A DNA stretch of 41,338 bases from Nemertoderma westbladi (Eukaryota; Animalia; Xenacoelomorpha), in contig JAUCBJ010001342.1 in NCBI GenBank assembly GCA_032718475.1, forward strand, positions 1-41,338, written 5' to 3'. Shown one piece after another: positions 34,101 to 41,338 of this stretch. Each line of letters starts with the position of its first letter. Within the stretch, counting starts at the first letter, position 1. The position numbers were made by a program, and so were the translations under genes. The notes beneath the pieces are model-generated. The model ran no database searches. It was not told where the DNA came from and was given only the letters and a program-made list of their open reading frames with translations.

Positions 34101-37100
34101 CACGAAGACGATGAACCGAGATGAGGCGACCACACAGTACCCAATCACGAAGACGACGAACCGAGACGAGGCGACCACACAGTACCCAATCACGAAGGGG
34201 ACGAACCGAGACGAGGTGACCACACAGTACCCAATCACGAAGACGACGAACCGAGACGAGGTGACCACACAGTACCCAATCACGAAGACGACGAAACGAG
34301 ACAAGACGCCCACACAGTACCCAATCACGAAGACGATGAACCGACTCGAGGCGACCACATAGTACCCAATCACGAAGATGACGAACCGAGACGAGGCGAC
34401 CACACAGTACCCAACCAAGAAGACAACGAACCGAAACGAGGCACCCTCACAGTACGCAATCATGAAGATGACGAACCGAGACGAGGCGCCCACACAGTAC
34501 CCAATCACGAAGACGACGAACCGAGACGAGGCGACCACACAGTACCCAATCACGAAGACGATGAACCGAGACGAGACGCCCACACAGTACCCAATCAAGA
34601 AGACGACGAACCGAGACGAGGCGCCCACACAGTACCCAATCACGAAGATGACGAACCGAGTCGAGGCGACCACACAGTACCCAATCACGAAGACGACGAA
34701 CCGAGTCAAGGCGACCACACAGTACCCAATCACGAAGATGACGAACCGAGACGAGGCGACCACACAGTAACCAATCACGAAGACGACGAACCGAGGCGAC
34801 CATACAGTACCCAATCACGAAGACGACGAACTGAGACGAGGCACCCCCACACAGCACCCAATCATGAAGATGACGAACCGAGACAGGCTACCACACAGTA
34901 CCCAATAACGAAGACAACGAACTGATACAAGGCGACCACACAGTACCCAATCACGAAGACAACGAACCGAAACGAGGCACCCTCACAGTACGCAATCACA
35001 AAGACGACGAACCGAGACGAGGCGACCACACAGTACCCAATCACGAAGATGACGAACCGAGACCAGGCGACCACACAGTACCCAATCACGAAGACGACGA
35101 ACCGAGACGAGGCGACCACACAGTACCTAATCACGAAGACAACGAACCGAGACGAGACGACCACACAGTACCCAATCACAAAGACGACGAACCAAGACGA
35201 GGCGACCACACAGTACCCAATCACGAAGACGACGAACCGAGACGAGGCGACCACACAGTACCCAATCACGAAAATGACGAACCGAGACGAGGCGACCACA
35301 CAGTACCCAATCACGAAGACGACGAACCGAGACGAGGCGACCACACAGTACCCAATCATGAAGACGACGAAACGAGACGAGACGCCCACACAGTACCCAA
35401 TCACGAAGACGACGAACCGAGTCGAGGCGACCACACAGTACCCAATCACGAAGACGACGAACCGAGACGAGGCGACCACACAGTACCCAATCACGAAGAC
35501 AACGAACTGAGACGAGACGACCACACAGTACCCAATCACAAAGACGACGAACCGAGACGAGGCGACCAAACAGTACCCAATCATGAAGACGATTAACCGA
35601 TATGAGGCGCCCACATAGTACCCAATCACGAAGACGACGAACCGAGACGAAGCGACCACACAGTACCCAATCACGAAGACGACGATCTGAGACGAGGCGA
35701 CCACACAGTACCCATTCACGAAGATGACAAACCGAGACATGGCGACCACACAGTACCCAATCACGAAGACGACGAACCGAGACCAGGCAACCACCACACA
35801 GTACCCAATCACGAAGACAACGAACCGAGATGAGGCAACCACACAGTACCCCATCACAAAAACGACAAACCGAGGCGAGGCGACCACACAGTACCCAATA
35901 GCGAGGCGACCACACAGTACCCAATAACGAAAACGACGAACCGAGATGAGGTGACCACACAGTACCCAATCACGAAAACACGAACGGAGACGAGGAGACC
36001 AAACAGTACCCAATCACGAAGAGGACGAACCGAGACCAGGCGACCACACAGTACCCAATCACGAAAACGACAAACCGAAGCAAGGCAACCACACAGTACA
36101 CAATCATAAAAACGACGAACCGAGACGAGGCGACCACACAGTACCTAATCACGAAAACGACGAACCGAGACAAGGCGACCAAACAGTACCCAATCATGAA
36201 GATGACGGATCGAGACCAGGCGACCACACAGAACCCAATCACGAGGACGACGAACCAAGACCAGGCAACCACACAGTACCCAATCACGAAGACGACGAAC
36301 CGAGACGAGGCGACCACACAGTACCCAATCACGAAGATGACGAACCGAGACGAGGCGACCACACAGTACCCAATCACGAAGACGACGAACCGAGACGTGG
36401 TGACCACACAGTACCCAATCACGAAGACGACGAAACGAGACAAGACGCCCACACAGTACCCAATCACGAAGACGACGAACCAATACGAGGCGCCCACAAA
36501 GTACAAAATCACAAAGACGACAAACTGAGAAGAGGCGACCACACAGTACCCAATCACGAAGACGACGAACCGAGACGAGGCGACCACACAGTACCCAATC
36601 ACGAAGATGACGAACCTAGACGAGGCGACCACACAATACCCAATCACGAAGATGACGAACCGAGACGAAGCGACCACACAGTACCCAATCTCGAAGACGA
36701 CGAACCGAGGCGAGGTGACCACACAGTACCCAATCACAAAGACGACGAACCGAGACAAGGCGACCACACAGTACCCAATCACGAAGACGACGAACCGAGA
36801 CGAGGCGACCACACAGTACCCAAACACGAAGACGACGAACCGAGATGAGGCGACCACACAGTACCCAATCACGAAGACGATGAACCGAGATGAGGCGACC
36901 ACACAGTACCCAATCACGAAGACGACGAACCGAGACGAGGCGACCACACAGTACCCAATCACGAAGGGGACGAACCGAGACGAGGTGACCACACAGTACC
37001 CAATCACGAAGACGACGAACCGAGACGAGGTGACCACACAGTACCCAATCACGAAGACGACGAAACGAGACAAGACGCCCACACAGTACCCAATCACGAA

Positions 37101-39270
37101 GACGATGAACCGACTCGAGGCGACCACATAGTACCCAATCACGAAGATGACGAACCGAGACGAGGCGACCACACAGTACCCAACCAAGAAGACAACGAAC
37201 CGAAACGAGGCACCCTCACAGTACGCAATCATGAAGATGACGAACCGAGACGAGGCGCCCACACAGTACCCAATCACGAAGACGACGAACCGAGACGAGG
37301 CGACCACACAGTACCCAATCACGAAGACGATGAACCGAGACGAGACGCCCACACAGTACCCAATCAAGAAGACGACGAACCGAGACGAGGCGCCCACACA
37401 GTACCCAATCACGAAGATGACGAACCGAGTCGAGGCGACCACACAGTACCCAATCACGAAGACGACGAACCGAGTCAAGGCGACCACACAGTACCCAATC
37501 ACGAAGATGACGAACCGAGACGAGGCGACCACACAGTAACCAATCACGAAGACGACGAACCGAGGCGACCATACAGTACCCAATCACGAAGACGACGAAC
37601 TGAGACGAGGCACCCCCACACAGCACCCAATCATGAAGATGACGAACCGAGACAGGCTACCACACAGTACCCAATAACGAAGACAACGAACTGATACAAG
37701 GCGACCACACAGTACCCAATCACGAAGACAACGAACCGAAACGAGGCACCCTCACAGTACGCAATCACAAAGACGACGAACCGAGACGAGGCGACCACAC
37801 AGTACCCAATCACGAAGATGACGAACCGAGACCAGGCGACCACACAGTACCCAATCACGAAGACGACGAACCGAGACGAGGCGACCACACAGTACCTAAT
37901 CACGAAGACAACGAACCGAGACGAGACGACCACACAGTACCCAATCACAAAGACGACGAACCAAGACGAGGCGACCACACAGTACCCAATCACGAAGACG
38001 ACGAACCGAGACGAGGCGACCACACAGTACCCAATCACGAAAATGACGAACCGAGACGAGGCGACCACACAGTACCCAATCACGAAGACGACGAACCGAG
38101 ACGAGGCGACCACACAGTACCCAATCATGAAGACGACGAAACGAGACGAGACGCCCACACAGTACCCAATCACGAAGACGACGAACCGAGTCGAGGCGAC
38201 CACACAGTACCCAATCACGAAGACGACGAACCGAGACGAGGCGACCACACAGTACCCAATCACGAAGACAACGAACTGAGACGAGACGACCACACAGTAC
38301 CCAATCACAAAGACGACGAACCGAGACGAGGCGACCAAACAGTACCCAATCATGAAGACGATTAACCGATATGAGGCGCCCACATAGTACCCAATCACGA
38401 AGACGACGAACCGAGACGAAGCGACCACACAGTACCCAATCACGAAGACGACGATCTGAGACGAGGCGACCACACAGTACCCATTCACGAAGATGACAAA
38501 CCGAGACATGGCGACCACACAGTACCCAATCACGAAGACGACGAACCGAGACCAGGCAACCACCACACAGTACCCAATCACGAAGACAACGAACCGAGAT
38601 GAGGCAACCACACAGTACCCCATCACAAAAACGACAAACCGAGGCGAGGCGACCACACAGTACCCAATAGCGAGGCGACCACACAGTACCCAATAACGAA
38701 AACGACGAACCGAGATGAGGTGACCACACAGTACCCAATCACGAAAACACGAACGGAGACGAGGAGACCAAACAGTACCCAATCACGAAGAGGACGAACC
38801 GAGACCAGGCGACCACACAGTACCCAATCACGAAAACGACAAACCGAAGCGAGGCAACCACACAGTACACAATCATAAAAACGACGAACCGAGACGAGGC
38901 GACCACACAGTACCTAATCACGAAAACGACGAACCGAGACAAGGCGACCAAACAGTACCCAATCATGAAGATGACGGATCGAGACCAGGCGACCACACAG
39001 AACCCAATCACGAGGACGACGAACCAAGACCAGGCAACCACACAGTACCCAATCACGAAGACGACGAACCGAGACTAGGCGAGCACACAGTACCCAATCA
39101 CGAAGACGACGAACCAATACGAGGCGCCCACAAAGTACAAAATCACAAAGACGACGAGGTAACAGTCCAGATACATGACGAAGAAAGTGACCAGTACGTC
39201 ACTTACCTATCATGAACGACGATACGACTAGACGTTCCACACAGTACCTATCTAAGAGACAGAACCAATA
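31158..39270. repeat. Satellite B: 45-bp monomer GAGGCGACCACACAGTACCCAATCACGAAGACGACGAACCGAGAC with 630- and 2769-bp higher-order repeats
   Basis: Period of 45. ORF offsets 33208 to 33838 (630) and 34378 to 37147 (2769). Clean to ~39157 and degenerate to ~39270. Confidence 0.98.
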
Positions 39271-39289
39271 GTCACTATTATAAGTATAT

Positions 39290-40020
39290 TTACTATTAGA
39301 TTGAGACATCAATTGTACATTGATAGTTGTAGTATTCAGTTATGAGTAATATATGTACAATTGATAGTTGTTAGTTAAGTAGGAGTCATATATTGTAAAT
39401 TGATAGTTAGTTATGATTAGTAATATATGGTAAATTGATAGTTATAGTAAGTAGTGGTAATATATGTAAAATGATATTAGTATTAAGTATTGATATATAT
39501 GTAATTATAGGTTTAGTAGTTAATGTATGAGTAATATATGTAAATTATAGTTTATAGTTAAGGTGTGAGTAATATATGTAAATTGATAGTTGTATAGTTA
39601 AGTTGTGTAGTAATATATGTAAATTGATAGTTTAGTAGTTAAGTTATGAGTAATATATGGTAAATTGATAGTTGTATTAAGTGTATGGGTAATATATGTA
39701 AATTGATATTTAGTAGTTAAGTGTAGTGTAATATATGTAAATTGGTAGTTTAGTAGTTTAGTTATTGTAGAAATATATGGTAAATTGATATTGTATGTTA
39801 AGTATGGATAATATGTGTAAATTGATAGTTGTGTAGTTAAGTTAGTGATAATATATGTAATTAATTTGTATTAGTAAGTTAGGTATAAAGATATGGTAAT
39901 TGATGTTGTGTAGTTAAGTGTAGTGAAAATATATGTAAATTGATATTGTTAGTAGTTATGTTAGTAGTATTATATGGTAATTGATATTTGTAGTAGGTTA
40001 ATGGTTAGTAATATAGTATT
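39290..40020. repeat. Degenerate ~40-bp AT-rich repeat (GTAATATATGTAAATTGATAGTT...GTTAAGT)
   Basis: The core TAATATATGTAAATTGATA recurs about every 40 nt with many indels. Confidence 0.85.
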
Positions 40021-41338
40021 GTTTATAGTGTTAGGTTAGTGTAGATTTAGTTATGGTAGATTAGTTTTAGGTTGGTTAGTATTGATTTGTATGATATGTT
40101 ATTGTGTTAGTAGTGTTTGTGAGTATTGTTGGTTATTGTGTTGTTTAGTTTGTTGTAGTGGGATTGGTGTTGGGTAGTGTGTGTTGTGTTTGGTTGTTGG
40201 GTTGTGGTGTTGGTGTGGTTTGTGGTTGTGGTGGTTGTTGGTGTGTGTTGTGAGTTGTGGTGAGGTGGTGGTATTGGTGATGGTGTTGGTGGGTGTAGGA
40301 GTTGGTAGTGGAGGTGTTGTGTTGTGGGTGGTGTTGTGGTGTTGTGTGGGTTGGTGATTGGTGAGTGAGTAGGTGTGGGTTGGTGTGGGTTGGAGGTGGT
40401 TGTTGAGTGTGGTGGTAGGGGGGTGAGTGAGGGTGAGTTGAGTGTGGTTGGGTGAGTTGTGTGTTGTGTGGGTAGTGAGAGTGGTTGAGGTGTGGGTTGT
40501 TGAGGTGGGAGTGAGGTGGGTGTAGGGTTGTGTTGAGGTGTGGTTGGTGTGGGTAGGATGAGTGTGTGGGTTGGTAGTGTTGTGGAGTGTGGATGTGTGG
40601 TGTGGGGTGAGATGAGTGGAGAGGAGTGGGTAGGGATAGAGAGAGGGTAGGAGTGGTAGGGAGTGAGGGAGAGAGTGGTGGTTAGGTGTGGGTGGGTAGG
40701 GAGGAGAGGAGTGTAGGGAGGAGGTGGGAAGTGTAGGAGGGGAGAGAGTGAGAGGTGGAGGGAGGAGGAGGTGGAGGGTAGGGGAGAGAGAGAGGGAGAG
40801 GGGAGGTGGGTAGGGGAGAGGAGGGGAGATGGAGGGAAGAGGAGGGAATGTAGGGTAGGGGGGATGTAGGGAAGAGGGAGGAGAGGATGTGGGGTAGGGG
40901 GAAGGAGAGAGGAATGAGGGATAGGAGGTGGATGGTGGAGGGAGAGAGAGGGAGGATGTAGGGAAGGTGGGGGTAGTGTAGGGAAGAGAGGGAGATGGAG
41001 GGAGAGGAGGGAGGTGGGTAGGGAGATGGAGGAGATGGGGGAGAGGGAGGTGGGGGGTAGGAGGAGAAGTGTAGGGGAGAGAGGGAGGTGGGGTAGGGGA
41101 GAGGGAGAGGGAGGAGTGGAGGGGTGGGGTAGGAGGGAAGAGGGAATAGTAGAGGAGAGGAGAGGAAGGGTAGGGTAGGGGGAGGAGGGGGAAGTGTAGG
41201 GAGGAGGAGGAGGGAATGTAGGGAGTAGGGGGAATGTAGGAGAGGAGGAGGAGGAGGTGAGGGTAGGGGGGAAGGGAGGGGGAGAGGAAGAGGTGGGGGA
41301 GGGGGGAGGAGAGGAGATGATGATGGGATGTGGGTTGG
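40021..41338. repeat. Low-complexity GT-rich grading to GA-rich tract with no C
   Basis: No periodic unit. Recurring GGGTAGGG and GGGAATGTAGGG words. Confidence 0.8.

Noticed and set aside
31034-39117. Long ORFs up to 560 aa on both strands
   Set aside because: Consequence of a stop-poor 45-bp unit; overlapping in several frames with frameshifts and no unique domain.
15700-39157. CRISPR array
   Set aside because: Head-to-tail monomers with no unique spacers, no cas genes, and a eukaryotic context.
15700-39157. Hammerhead ribozyme in the satellite monomers (CTGAGCA/CTGATCA, occasional GAAAC)
   Set aside because: The required CUGANGA core with a correctly placed GAAA and three stems is not present on either strand.
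40021-41338. Canonical telomere array
   Set aside because: No run of perfect TTAGGG or TTAGG repeats, only scattered words.

Overview
Eukaryotic, most likely invertebrate metazoan, repeat-rich DNA that looks heterochromatic or subtelomeric. Positions 1-8.4 kb are a transposon graveyard: three RTE-like LINE remnants of one family, a promoter-bearing LTR-like insertion inside the first, and an internally deleted piggyBac with TTAA target sites and asymmetric terminal repeats. The only intact gene is an intronless ERK1/2 MAP kinase (9675-10799). It is followed about 20 nt after the stop codon by a 23-bp minisatellite carrying about 24 sense-strand Pumilio elements (TGTATATA). From 15.7 kb there is a 41/44-bp satellite (A, 15.5 kb) with nested higher-order repeats and five precisely phased 69-bp islands of a second satellite, then that 45-bp satellite (B, 8 kb). 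The window ends in about 1.95 kb with no cytosine on the + strand, which may be a telomere-proximal or low-quality contig end. Most ORFs in the supplied track are repeat artefacts. All counts and alignments were done by eye.
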